From Acidimicrobiales bacterium (GTDB lineage: Bacteria; Actinomycetota; Acidimicrobiia; Acidimicrobiales; Bog-793), in NCBI GenBank assembly GCA_049523315.1, contig JBEKMZ010000007.1, positions 18,383 to 82,382 of the forward strand: DNA of 64,000 nt, given 5' to 3'. Every line of letters begins with the position of its first letter. Positions within the stretch are counted from its first letter, which is position 1. The notes beneath the pieces were generated by a model. It was not told where the DNA came from and did no database searches. It worked only from the letters and a program-made list of their open reading frames with translations. Shown in pieces: positions 27,964 through 37,033 of this stretch. The translations under genes and the position numbers were made by a program.

Positions 27964-29358
27964 TCACTGCTCGCGAACTACCGCCCACATCACCTCGAGG
28001 GGAGGCTCCATCCCCGTAAAGAGCCTGATCTGGCGGGCTGCCTGGTGTACGAGCATGCCCAGGCCGCTACGGACCGTCGCGCCGTGGCGCTCGGCCTCGA
28101 GCAAAAAGGGCGTGACAGCTGGGTCGTAGACGAGGTCGACCACCACTTGACCTGCTCCGAACCACGCGGCGTTAACCCCGGCGATCACTGCGTCGTTGCC
28201 CTCGCCCGAGCTCCCCGTCCTCGGCGCAAAGCCCTCGCGGGTTGCGGTCACAGATGAGTTCTCGGTCTTGGGTTTACTAATCCTTTGGCTAGCAAGTGGA
28301 GCTGTTGAATGGACCGGAACGGTCCCTCGTGATGGTGAGATAGGCAAGCCAAATGGACCAAGGCGAGGAACTGAACGATCCTGTATCTGAGAGTCGGATG
28401 GGCCAGCCGTGGGCTTGTCTCTTCTCGGCTTGGGTGAGCCGTCCGCTTGCCGCCCCGAGTTCGGGGTGCCCGGCGGAACTGGGCTCGCTCCAAGCGCCTC
28501 CGGGGCCTTCAGCATGGCGGTTGGAGTCGCCTGAACGATCAGGTCCAGTCCCTTTAGCTCCTCAGGACGTCCTACGTGAGCGACCTTGGGTGCGAGCGCG
28601 ACGGAGCGCCAGGCGCGTGCCGCCGTCCGGTTCACGACGATGACCTCCGCGGCGCCAGCCTCCGCGAGCGCGAGCACCGTCGCCCTGCCCGCGCCACCGG
28701 CACCGATCACTCCGCAGCGCCGGCCGGCCGGGTCGAATCCGAGGCCGTCTCGCAGGTCGTCGAGGAGACCATCACCGTCGCAGCTCTCGGCGCGGATTGC
28801 CCCGGCCTCAAAGATGAGCGTGTTCGCGGCGCCGAGACGACGGACCTGGCGCGAGTGGCGAGTCGCCACTCTGGCGGCGGCGTCTTTGTGGGGCATGGTC
28901 ACCGAAAGGCCCCGCAGGCCGAGCGCCGCCGCCCCGGTCACGGCTTTGTCGAACAGTGCCGGCGGGACCTCGAAGGCGACGTAGCACCAGTCCAGGCCGA
29001 GAACGGCGAAAGCCGCGTTCTGAAGGCGCGGAGAGAGCGAGTGGCGCACCGGGTAGCCGATGACGCCGGCGATCGCCGTCGAGGGAGCGGGCCAGAGCAC
29101 CTGCGGCCTGAACCCGGGCGGCATTCGCGAGAGCCGCTGTCGCGCTAAGGACCCGGCCGCGCCGGCCGTCGGGAGTACAGGCTCGCGTATCGGCTCTGCG
29201 GGCGCGGCGGCGGGCGGCTCTGGGGGGGAAAGCCGAGCGAACTCCGGCTCGTCGACATCGAGGCGCTTCGGCTCGGCGGTCTCGCCCGACTCGGGTCCCA
29301 CAGCCTCGCCGGAGTCTCCGAGCGGGCTCACGATTCTTCCCGTTTCTGGTCGAGCCAT
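27964..29358 (-). CDS. aroE: shikimate dehydrogenase with a ~100-aa internal insertion and an N-terminal Pro/Glu-rich extension
   Basis: GVIGYPVRHSLSPRLQNAAF, SVTMPHK, GAANT, GAGGAGRA, VVVDLVYDPAVTPFL and GLGMLVHQAA. The start is uncertain: ATG at 29358 or ATG at 29124. Confidence 0.8.
   Translation of the reverse strand: MARPETGRIVSPLGDSGEAVGPESGETAEPKRLDVDEPEFARLSPPEPPAAAPAEPIREPVLPTAGAAGSLARQRLSRMPPGFRPQVLWPAPSTAIAGVIGYPVRHSLSPRLQNAAFAVLGLDWCYVAFEVPPALFDKAVTGAAALGLRGLSVTMPHKDAAARVATRHSRQVRRLGAANTLIFEAGAIRAESCDGDGLLDDLRDGLGFDPAGRRCGVIGAGGAGRATVLALAEAGAAEVIVVNRTAARAWRSVALAPKVAHVGRPEELKGLDLIVQATPTAMLKAPEALGASPVPPGTPNSGRQADGSPKPRRDKPTAGPSDSQIQDRSVPRLGPFGLPISPSRGTVPVHSTAPLASQRISKPKTENSSVTATREGFAPRTGSSGEGNDAVIAGVNAAWFGAGQVVVDLVYDPAVTPFLLEAERHGATVRSGLGMLVHQAARQIRLFTGMEPPLEVMWAVVREQ
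28259..28435 (+). repeat. diverged element copy B, embedded in-frame in aroE
   Basis: An AT-richer core bounded by the direct repeats TTCTCGGTCTTGGGT (28259..28273) and TTCTCGGCTTGGGT (28422..28435). It is similar to the reverse complement of 27646..27883. Confidence 0.4.
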
Positions 29359-29873
29359 GACTGCAGGAGAACCGTCGCGGCCAGGGCGTCGATGCCCATC
29401 CGGTTCCTCGAGGCGGCACCCGAGCGCGACCCGCGGCCGAGGCGCGTCCCGTGGCGTCCCGCTTCTGTGCCAGCGGCGGGAGCCGGATCGGAAGCAAGAC
29501 GGCGTAGGCGATCGGCTTCAACTGTCGTGAGCCGCTCATCGCGCAACACCACCGGTACCTCGAGCAGCGTCTCGAGCGCCGAGGCTTCGGCAGCGGCCGC
29601 TCGTGCCGCAGGCCCCAGCTGTCCCGACAGGGTCAAAGGGAGCCCGACGATCACGAGTCCTGCGTCGAATTCCGACACGATTGCTGCGATCGCGCGGTGA
29701 TCGGCACTCTCCTCGCCGCTTCGCGCAATCACTGAGTGCGGGCTCGCCAGGACTCGCCGCGAGTCGCTCACCGCCACGCCTATGCGGCGCTGCCCGAGAT
29801 CAATGCCGATCACTCGCGTATCCACCGCTGCCCCGATCTCCCAAGGCCCTCGGTCAGGCTTGCTGCCGCTCAA
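29328..29873 (-). CDS. ruvX: YqgF/RuvX putative pre-16S rRNA nuclease
   Basis: VIGIDLGQRRIGVAVSD, GLPL, DERLTT. The TTG start overlaps the alaS stop. Confidence 0.85.
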   Translation of the reverse strand: MSGSKPDRGPWEIGAAVDTRVIGIDLGQRRIGVAVSDSRRVLASPHSVIARSGEESADHRAIAAIVSEFDAGLVIVGLPLTLSGQLGPAARAAAAEASALETLLEVPVVLRDERLTTVEADRLRRLASDPAPAAGTEAGRHGTRLGRGSRSGAASRNRMGIDALAATVLLQSWLDQKREES

Positions 29874-32527
29874 CCCAGGGCCTGGCCGGCGGCCGTGGGC
29901 TCGCCCGGGTCTCGGACGAAGGACTCACTTAACTTTCGTAACGCTTGTTCAATGCCGGCGGTGTTCCGGCCGCCCGCAGTCGCGAGCTCGGGCGTTCCGC
30001 CGCCACCGCCCCCTACCGCCTCAGCGGCTTGGACCGCGGCCGCCCGGGCGTCGATCCCGGACTCCTTTCGCGCCGCGACCACGACACCGACCCGCTCAGG
30101 ACCGGTGACACCGACAAGGCCGACCGCGTCCACACCGAGATGGTCCCGGACAGCGATGGCAAGGTCGCGCAGCTCCCCCGCCTCGAGCCCGTCGCGGCGC
30201 CCGACGACCGCCCCCGCGACCGCCCCGGCGGCCAGCTCGTCGGCTTCACCGCGCAGCTGCTCGGAGCGCAATGTCCGTAGTTGTTCCTCCAGCATGCGTT
30301 GGCTCGCGAGCAACCGGTCGACTGCCGAGGCCACGTCCGAAGGCTGGGAACGCAGCCGCTGCGCGGTCTGTTCGACGGTCTGCTCGAAAAAGCGGAGTCG
30401 GGCCAGTGAAGCCGCTCCCGTCACGGCCTCGATGCGACGCGTGTTGGAGCCGATGGAGGCCTCCGAGACGATCTGTAACGGGCCGATCGTGCCCAACGCG
30501 TTGACGTGGGTGCCCCCGCAGAGCTCGACCGAGTCGTGGCCGGCCTCGACAACGCGCACGACCTCCCCGTACTTCTCACCGAAGAACGCTATCGCCCCGG
30601 CGCCTTCGGCCTCCTTGCGCGTCGTCTCGAAGGTGCGCACGGGCTCGTTCCGCAGGACCTCGAAGTTCACGAGATCCTCAACCCGAGCGATCTCCTCCTC
30701 GGACATAGGCCCGAAATGGCTGAAATCGAACCGCAGTCTGTCCGGTGCGACGAGCGAACCCTGCTGGCGCACGTGGTCACCGAGGACCTTGCGCAACGCC
30801 CAGTGGAGGAGGTGCGTGCCGGTGTGGTTGCGCCTGATCGACTCCCGGCGCTCCCCGTCGATGGCCGCGACGGCATCCTGACCAGTCTCGATCGTCCCAT
30901 CGAGCACATACCCGAGGTGCCGCGTGAGGCCTTCGACGACAGAGGTCGTGTCCAGCACCCTCATCCGTCCGCTCGGGGTCGTGATCAAGCCCGTGTCGCC
31001 GACCTGACCACCGCCCTCGGCGTAAAACGGCGTCCGGTCCAAGAAGACCTCGATCAGCTCCGAGGCCGCGGGTGCCTGCTCGCCGTCGATGTTCGCGAAC
31101 GAGTGGTCCACCGAGCTCGGCAGAACAGCGAGCACGCGAGCCTCGGCTTCTGCCTGCTGGTAGCCGAGGAACTGGGTCGGGCCGAACTCGAAGCGGATCC
31201 CGCTCCAGGCGTCGGCGACCTCCTCTGTGCCCGAGGGCCCCGCCACTCCGGCCCGTCCCGCCTCGCGAGCGCGCCGGCGTTGGGCATCCATCGCCTTTTC
31301 GAAGCCTTCCCGGTCCACCTCGATCCCGCGCTCGCGTGCGATCTCCTCGGTCATCTCCCGCGCGAAGCCGTAGGTGTCGTGAAGCTGGAAGACCACCTCA
31401 CCTCCGAGCTTGCGCGCACCGGTTGCGAGCTCCGCCTCGAGCAGGGTCATCCCGGACCGGAGCGTCCGCAAGAACGCCTCCTCCTCGTGCACCGCAATGC
31501 GCTTTATGAGGTCCCGGTCGCGCAACAGCTTCGGGTAGGCGCCACCCATGACCTCGGTCACGACGTCTATGACACCGGGAGTGACGAGATCCCTGGCACC
31601 GAGACGCTGGGCCACGAGGACGGCCCTGCGGATGAGGCGGCGCAGCACGTAGCCGCGACTCTCGTTCGAGGGGAAGACCCCGTCGGCGATGAGGAAGGTA
31701 AAGGTGCGGGCATGGTCGGCCACGATGCGCAGACCGACGTCGCTCTCCTCGGTGCTCCCGTAGACTCGGCCCGTGGCGGTCGAGGCCGCCTCGAGGATCG
31801 GTGCGATGAGATCGGTGTCGAAGACCGACTCGACCCCCTGGATCTGGGTGAGAATCCGGTCGAGACCCGCCCCCGTGTCGATGTTCTTCTGGGGAAGCTC
31901 GCTGAGCGAGCCGTCAGCGTGACGGTCGTACTGCATGAAGACGAGGTTCCACAGCTCGACGTACCGCTCGCCCCCCTGCGCGGGCCCACCGCCTGGCCCG
32001 TACTGGGGCCCTCGGTCGAAGAAGATCTCCGAGCACGGCCCGCACGGGCCCGTGTCGCCCATCTTCCAGAAGTTGTCCTCGTCGAGGCGCTGCAGGCGAC
32101 CCGCCAGCAGGCCCGGGATGTCGTGCCAGAGCGTCTCGGCCTCATCGTCGGTGACGTGCACGGTGACCCAGAGCTGCTCTGGGTCAAGACCGAGGCACTC
32201 GGTGAACAGCTCCCACGCATAGGCGATCGCGAGGTCCTTGAAGTAGTCGCCGAAGCTGAAGTTCCCGAGCATCTCGAAAAAGGTCACATGGCGCGAAGTC
32301 GTTCCGATCACATCGATGTCGACGGTACGCACGCACGGCTGCACCGTGGTCGCCCGCGGCCCGGGCGGGGGCGACTCGGCGAGGAAGTAGGGCTTGAACT
32401 GGACCATGCCCGCGATGGTGAACAACATCGACGGGTCGTTCGGCACCAGGCTCGCGGCAGGGAGCGCGAGGTGACCACGATCGACGAAGAACTGCGTGAA
32501 GGTGTTGCGCAACTGGTCGGCGTTCAC
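29870..32527 (-). CDS. alaS: alanine--tRNA ligase
   Basis: 885 aa with FTIAGMVQFK, FEMLGNFSFGDYFK, the editing-domain HTGTHLLH, and CGGTH. Confidence 0.97.
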   Translation of the reverse strand: MNADQLRNTFTQFFVDRGHLALPAASLVPNDPSMLFTIAGMVQFKPYFLAESPPPGPRATTVQPCVRTVDIDVIGTTSRHVTFFEMLGNFSFGDYFKDLAIAYAWELFTECLGLDPEQLWVTVHVTDDEAETLWHDIPGLLAGRLQRLDEDNFWKMGDTGPCGPCSEIFFDRGPQYGPGGGPAQGGERYVELWNLVFMQYDRHADGSLSELPQKNIDTGAGLDRILTQIQGVESVFDTDLIAPILEAASTATGRVYGSTEESDVGLRIVADHARTFTFLIADGVFPSNESRGYVLRRLIRRAVLVAQRLGARDLVTPGVIDVVTEVMGGAYPKLLRDRDLIKRIAVHEEEAFLRTLRSGMTLLEAELATGARKLGGEVVFQLHDTYGFAREMTEEIARERGIEVDREGFEKAMDAQRRRAREAGRAGVAGPSGTEEVADAWSGIRFEFGPTQFLGYQQAEAEARVLAVLPSSVDHSFANIDGEQAPAASELIEVFLDRTPFYAEGGGQVGDTGLITTPSGRMRVLDTTSVVEGLTRHLGYVLDGTIETGQDAVAAIDGERRESIRRNHTGTHLLHWALRKVLGDHVRQQGSLVAPDRLRFDFSHFGPMSEEEIARVEDLVNFEVLRNEPVRTFETTRKEAEGAGAIAFFGEKYGEVVRVVEAGHDSVELCGGTHVNALGTIGPLQIVSEASIGSNTRRIEAVTGAASLARLRFFEQTVEQTAQRLRSQPSDVASAVDRLLASQRMLEEQLRTLRSEQLRGEADELAAGAVAGAVVGRRDGLEAGELRDLAIAVRDHLGVDAVGLVGVTGPERVGVVVAARKESGIDARAAAVQAAEAVGGGGGGTPELATAGGRNTAGIEQALRKLSESFVRDPGEPTAAGQALG

Positions 32528-33930
32528 CTCTCGCCTCGCTTTTTTGTATCCGCCTCGCCTTGCGGCTCAGCCTCGCCCTGAAGTTGTGCCTGCTCGTGTG
32601 GCCCTTGCCCACCTTGGCCCTGTTCGCCCCGTCGCGCCCTCCAGCGCTCGGCAAGCGCCTTCTCGGCACCATGTTCCGAAGGTTCGTAGTAGCGGCGACC
32701 GGCGAGCCCTTCGGGCAGGTACACAGCTTCGACGAACCCTCGCGGGTCATCGTGAGGATACTCGTAGCCCACGCCGTGCCCCAGCGCCGCGGCGCCGCGG
32801 TAATGCGAGTCGCGCAGCTCGGCCGGCACCGAGCCGAGCGGCCGGTCACGCACGTCGCCCTGGGCGGTCCACCATCCAAGCGCGACCCGGTTCGACTTCG
32901 GCGCCAGCGCCAGGTGGACGACGGCTTGGGCAAGGTTCAGACCGGCCTCCGGGAGGCCGACGAACTCGACCGCCTGGGCGGCCGCGGTCGCAATGCCGAG
33001 AGCGTGCGGATCGGCCATGCCGACGTCCTCGCTGGCGAGAACCACGAGGCGCCGGGCGACATAGCGCGGGTCCTCGCCCGCTTCGATGAGGCGCGCCATC
33101 CAGTACAAGCCCGCGTCGGGGTCCGATCCCCGCAGGCTCTTTATCAGCGCCGAGATGAGGTCGTAGTGCTCTTCGCGCCCGTGGCGGAACGCTCGTGCCT
33201 CCCTCGCGCCCTCGATGTCGTCCATCGTGATGGTTCCAAGCGGCCCTGATTCGGTCGTCTCGGCGGAGCGGCTCGCGCGTGCCCGGGCGCGGGCGAGGGC
33301 CATCGCCACTTCGAGGGTCGTAAGCACAGCCCGGGCATCGCCCTCGGCGAGGTCGACGAGACGTGAGATCGCGTCGGCCTCGGCGGCGAAACCCTCGACG
33401 CGAAGTGCGCGCTCGGCGAGCTCGCGGAGATCCGCTGGTGTGAGGGCCTCGAACCGCCACAGCGTCGAACGGCTCAACAGCGGTGCGTTGAGGGCGAAGA
33501 ACGGATTCTCGGTCGTGGCTCCCACGAGCACGACAAGACCCTCCTCGACGCCGTGCAAGAGCGCGTCCTGCTGTGCCTTGTTGAATCGGTGGACCTCGTC
33601 CAAGAACAAGATCGTCCCGCGACCTTCAGCACCGAGGGCCTGGCGCGCGTCCTCAAGCTCGTTGCGAACGTCCTTCACTCCCGCGTCTACGGCCGAGAGC
33701 GCCCGGAAGCGTCGCGCCGTGTGCTCGGCGAGCAGCCGGGCCACCGTCGTCTTGCCTGTTCCGGGAGGCCCGAAGAACACCGCCGAGCTGAGCCTGTCCT
33801 CTTCGACCAGGGCACGCAGCGGCGCCCCGGGAGCGAGAAGGTGGCGCTGGCCGACCACTTCGTCCAAACGTCTCGGGCGCAGGCGGGCTGCCAACGGCGC
33901 CCGCGTCGTGAGCTCCTCGGCGGCAGCCAT
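32524..33930 (-). CDS. rarA: replication-associated recombination protein A (AAA+ ATPase)
   Basis: Trimmed to the ATG at 33930 (MAAAEEL). Walker A GPPGTGKTT, Walker B LFLDEVHRFNK, GATTENP, and the MgsA C-terminal block HYDLISALIKSLRGSD. Confidence 0.9.
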   Translation of the reverse strand: MAAAEELTTRAPLAARLRPRRLDEVVGQRHLLAPGAPLRALVEEDRLSSAVFFGPPGTGKTTVARLLAEHTARRFRALSAVDAGVKDVRNELEDARQALGAEGRGTILFLDEVHRFNKAQQDALLHGVEEGLVVLVGATTENPFFALNAPLLSRSTLWRFEALTPADLRELAERALRVEGFAAEADAISRLVDLAEGDARAVLTTLEVAMALARARARASRSAETTESGPLGTITMDDIEGAREARAFRHGREEHYDLISALIKSLRGSDPDAGLYWMARLIEAGEDPRYVARRLVVLASEDVGMADPHALGIATAAAQAVEFVGLPEAGLNLAQAVVHLALAPKSNRVALGWWTAQGDVRDRPLGSVPAELRDSHYRGAAALGHGVGYEYPHDDPRGFVEAVYLPEGLAGRRYYEPSEHGAEKALAERWRARRGEQGQGGQGPHEQAQLQGEAEPQGEADTKKRGER

Positions 33931-33983
33931 GTCGAACAGGTCGGGTGGGCGGTTGCCGCCCGCCCGGCTGGGTGGGTTCGGCG

Positions 33984-35768
33984 TCACGCTCCGCTCGGGC
34001 CGGTGGCGGCGGTCGGAGGCGACACGACTCGAATGCCGAGCTCCGCCAGCTGCTCCGGCGCGATAGGTCGCGGGGCGCCCGACATGAGGTCCGCTCCCGA
34101 CTGGGTCTTCGGGTATGCGATGACCTCGCGGATATTGTCCTCGCCAGCCAACAACGCCACGAGCCGGTCGAGGCCTACGGCGAAGCCGCCGTGAGGCGGC
34201 GCACCGTAGCGGAAGGCCCCGAGGAGGAAGCCGAAACGGATCTCGGCGTCCTCGTCCGATATCCCGAGAGCGGTGAAGACCCGGCGCTGGATGTCGGCAC
34301 GGTGGATACGGATACTGCCCGAGCCGAGCTCCCAGCCGTTGAGGACCAAGTCGTAGCTCTGCGAACGGACCGCAAGCGGATCGGTCTCGAGAAGCTCGAC
34401 GTCGTCGGGGTGCGGCATCGTGAAAGGGTGGTGGGCCGCGATGAGGTGGCCTTCCTCGTCGAAGCCCTCGAAGAGCGGGAACTCGGTGATCCAGGTGAAG
34501 CGGAACGGCCTGTCGCTTATGGCCGGCTGGCCCAGATCCAAACGCAGCTGTCCCAGCACCTTGCACGTAAGCGCCCGCTCACCAGCCACGATGAGCACGA
34601 GATCGCCAGCTTCGGCTGAGGTCGCGGCGACGATCCGAGCCTGATGTGCCTCGCTCAGGAATTTCGCCACCGGCGACTCCAGCACTCCGCCGGCCTGCAC
34701 TCGCATCCACACGAGCCCCGCCGCGCCGAGCTCGCGGGCGCGATCGACGAGCGCGTCGAGCCGGCTCCGGGTCAACTCGCCCCCACCGTCAAAGCGGATC
34801 GCCCGGACGGTCTGCGCGCTGGCGAACGCCTTGAACTCGGTGCCGGCGACGGCGTCGTCGAGGCTCACGAGCTCCATCGCGAAGCGCAGGTCAGGCTTGT
34901 CGGTCCCGAAGCGGTCGCGGGCCTCGTTCCATGTCATCGTCACGATGTCCGGCGGCCGCTCGAAGGTGACCGCCGTCGTCGCCTCGATCACAGCCTCGCT
35001 CACGAAGCCGTGGATGTCGGACTGGCTCACAAAGGACGCTTCGATGTCGAGCTGGGTGAACTCGAACTGGCGGTCGGCGCGAAGGTCCTCGTCGCGCATG
35101 CAGCGTGCTATTTGGTAGTAGCGGTCCATCCCGCCCACCATCAGCAGCTGCTTTGCGATCTGGGGGCTCTGCGGCAGTACGTAAAAAGAGCCCCGCTGCA
35201 GCCGGGACGGGATCGCGAACTCGCGCGCCCCTTCGGGCGTCGGTGTCCACAGCATCGGCGTCTCGACCTCGACGAAGCCCTGGCGTTCCATGGCCCTGCG
35301 CAGCGCGCTGTTCACCTGTGCCCGCAGCCGCAGGTTGTGCTGCATCCGGGCGGTGCGCAGGTCCAGGTACCGGTAGCGCAGCCGCACCGCCTCGTCGGTC
35401 TCCGAGCGGGCATCGAGCGAGAACGGAGGAGGCTCGGCGCTCGAGAGCAGCTCGACCTCGCACTCGCCGAGCTCGACCTCGCCTGTCGAAAGTGCCGTGT
35501 TGATCGTTCCCTCGGGACGTGGCCGAACCGTGCCGGTGATGCGGAGCACTTGCTCTGGGCGCACGTCGCTCGCACCGTCGACCACGCACTGGATGATGCC
35601 CGTGTGGTCACGCAGGTCCACAAAGGCGAGGTGCTCGCCGTGCTCGCGCCGGCGCGCCACCCACCCGCAGACGCTGACCGTCCGGCCCGCGTCCGCAGCA
35701 CGCAGTGCGCCGCAATAGGCGGTGCGCAACCCGGCCGGGACCAAGTCCTCGTCGACTGTCAAGCTCAT
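33984..35768 (-). CDS. aspS: aspartate--tRNA ligase
   Basis: 594 aa with class II motifs FRDEDLRADRQFEFTQLD (as CMRDEDLRADRQFEFTQLD) and GGFAVGLDRL. Confidence 0.97.
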   Translation of the reverse strand: MSLTVDEDLVPAGLRTAYCGALRAADAGRTVSVCGWVARRREHGEHLAFVDLRDHTGIIQCVVDGASDVRPEQVLRITGTVRPRPEGTINTALSTGEVELGECEVELLSSAEPPPFSLDARSETDEAVRLRYRYLDLRTARMQHNLRLRAQVNSALRRAMERQGFVEVETPMLWTPTPEGAREFAIPSRLQRGSFYVLPQSPQIAKQLLMVGGMDRYYQIARCMRDEDLRADRQFEFTQLDIEASFVSQSDIHGFVSEAVIEATTAVTFERPPDIVTMTWNEARDRFGTDKPDLRFAMELVSLDDAVAGTEFKAFASAQTVRAIRFDGGGELTRSRLDALVDRARELGAAGLVWMRVQAGGVLESPVAKFLSEAHQARIVAATSAEAGDLVLIVAGERALTCKVLGQLRLDLGQPAISDRPFRFTWITEFPLFEGFDEEGHLIAAHHPFTMPHPDDVELLETDPLAVRSQSYDLVLNGWELGSGSIRIHRADIQRRVFTALGISDEDAEIRFGFLLGAFRYGAPPHGGFAVGLDRLVALLAGEDNIREVIAYPKTQSGADLMSGAPRPIAPEQLAELGIRVVSPPTAATGPSGA

Positions 35769-37033
35769 GGTGACCTCGTGATCTCGTGAAGGCGGGCGGC
35801 AAGGGCATCGCGGGCGACCTTGTCTTGTGTGTGCGCGTCCGAGCCGCGAAGCACCCGGATTGTTACGAGCCCCTCGGCGAGCTCCTCCGCGCCGACGATG
35901 CAGGCCACTCTCGCGCCCGAGCGGTCGGCGGCTCTCAGTTGCGCCTTCATCGAGCGGCCGTCGAAGGCTCGCTCTACGCCGAGGCCGGCCCCGCGCAACT
36001 CAGCGCACAGCTCGAGGGCGATCCCGGCCTCGCTCGTGTCGACGACAAAGGCGTCCGGTGCCCGGCTAAGCCGCATGTCCGCGGCGGAGAGCACACCGTC
36101 CGCTTCACAGGCAAGCAGGATCCTCTCGATGCCGGCACCGAAACCGACGCCTGAGACCGCGGGGCCGCCGAGGGCGGCCACGAGACCGTCGTAGCGGCCA
36201 CCCCCGCCGACGCCTTCGATCGTGTCCGAGCCGTACTCGAAAGTCGTCCGCGTGTAGTAGTCGAGGCCCCGGACGAGGAAGTCGTCCTGCTCATAGGAAA
36301 GGCCGAGCCTGTCGAGACCGCCCAGCACGGCCGCGTAGTGCGTCCTGCAGTCGTCGCAGAGCGAGTCGCGTAGCCTCGGGGCTCCGGTGACGAGCTTGCG
36401 GCACTCTGCCTTCTTGCAGTCGAGGATCCGGAGGGGGTTCACGGACCACTTGTAACGGTGCTCGTCGCACAGCTCGTCGGCGTGTGCCTCGAGATAAGCG
36501 GACAGGAGCTCGCGATAGCTCGGTGCGCAGGTCGCATCGCCGAGAGAATTGACCCTAAGGCGCACCGAGGTCAGGCCCAGGTCGGCGTAAAGGCCTGCCA
36601 GCAAGGAGATCACCTCGACGTCGGCCATCGGGTCATCGGTCCCGAGCACCTCGACGCCGAGCTGGTGATGCTGGCGGAAGCGCCCCGCCTGAGGGCGCTC
36701 GTAGCGGAACATGGGCGCCGCGTACCAGGCCTTGAACGGAGGCACAGGCGAGTGCTGCACATAGGCGCGCACTACCGAGGCCGTGCCTTCGGGACGAAGG
36801 GCGATGTCCCGGCCCCCTCGGTCGGTGAACTCGTACATCTCTTTTGTCACCACGTCTGAAGAGTCTCCCGAGGACCGGCGGAATACCTCGGTGTCCTCGA
36901 AGGTGGGGCTCATGACAAGGCCGAAGCCAAAACGTTGCGCCAAGATGGCGAAGCGCCCCACGAGCTCGACCCAGCGCGCGCTCTCGGGAGGGAGGATGTC
37001 CTGGGTCCCCTTAGGGGACTGGAAGCTCTTCAC
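35765..37033 (-). CDS. hisS: histidine--tRNA ligase
   Basis: GTQDILP, FRYERPQAGR.RQHHQ, GGGRYDGL. Overlaps the aspS start. Confidence 0.95.
   Translation of the reverse strand: MKSFQSPKGTQDILPPESARWVELVGRFAILAQRFGFGLVMSPTFEDTEVFRRSSGDSSDVVTKEMYEFTDRGGRDIALRPEGTASVVRAYVQHSPVPPFKAWYAAPMFRYERPQAGRFRQHHQLGVEVLGTDDPMADVEVISLLAGLYADLGLTSVRLRVNSLGDATCAPSYRELLSAYLEAHADELCDEHRYKWSVNPLRILDCKKAECRKLVTGAPRLRDSLCDDCRTHYAAVLGGLDRLGLSYEQDDFLVRGLDYYTRTTFEYGSDTIEGVGGGGRYDGLVAALGGPAVSGVGFGAGIERILLACEADGVLSAADMRLSRAPDAFVVDTSEAGIALELCAELRGAGLGVERAFDGRSMKAQLRAADRSGARVACIVGAEELAEGLVTIRVLRGSDAHTQDKVARDALAARLHEITRSP

Noticed and set aside
28446-28470. Palindrome CCCCGA-gt-TCGGGG inside aroE, considered as a terminator or element terminus.
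   Set aside because: The 2-nt loop makes a stable hairpin unlikely, it lies within the continuous aroE reading frame, and there is no matching partner at the other end of the insertion.
30506-32581. 691-aa plus-strand ORF.
   Set aside because: It is entirely antisense to alaS, whose identity is unambiguous. Its Arg/Pro/Gly-rich composition is typical of shadow ORFs in high-GC DNA.
32524-34566. 680-aa version of the rarA ORF. The same applies to the long N-terminal extensions of track ORFs 1422..2417, 2185..2940, 2825..3613, 7533..9167, 10006..11280, 43238..44464, 53513..54748, 54205..55569 and 61411..63111.
   Set aside because: The extensions overlap the upstream gene and are Arg/Pro-rich. 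Conserved protein blocks begin at internal start codons that are tightly coupled to the upstream stop, so each was trimmed to those starts.
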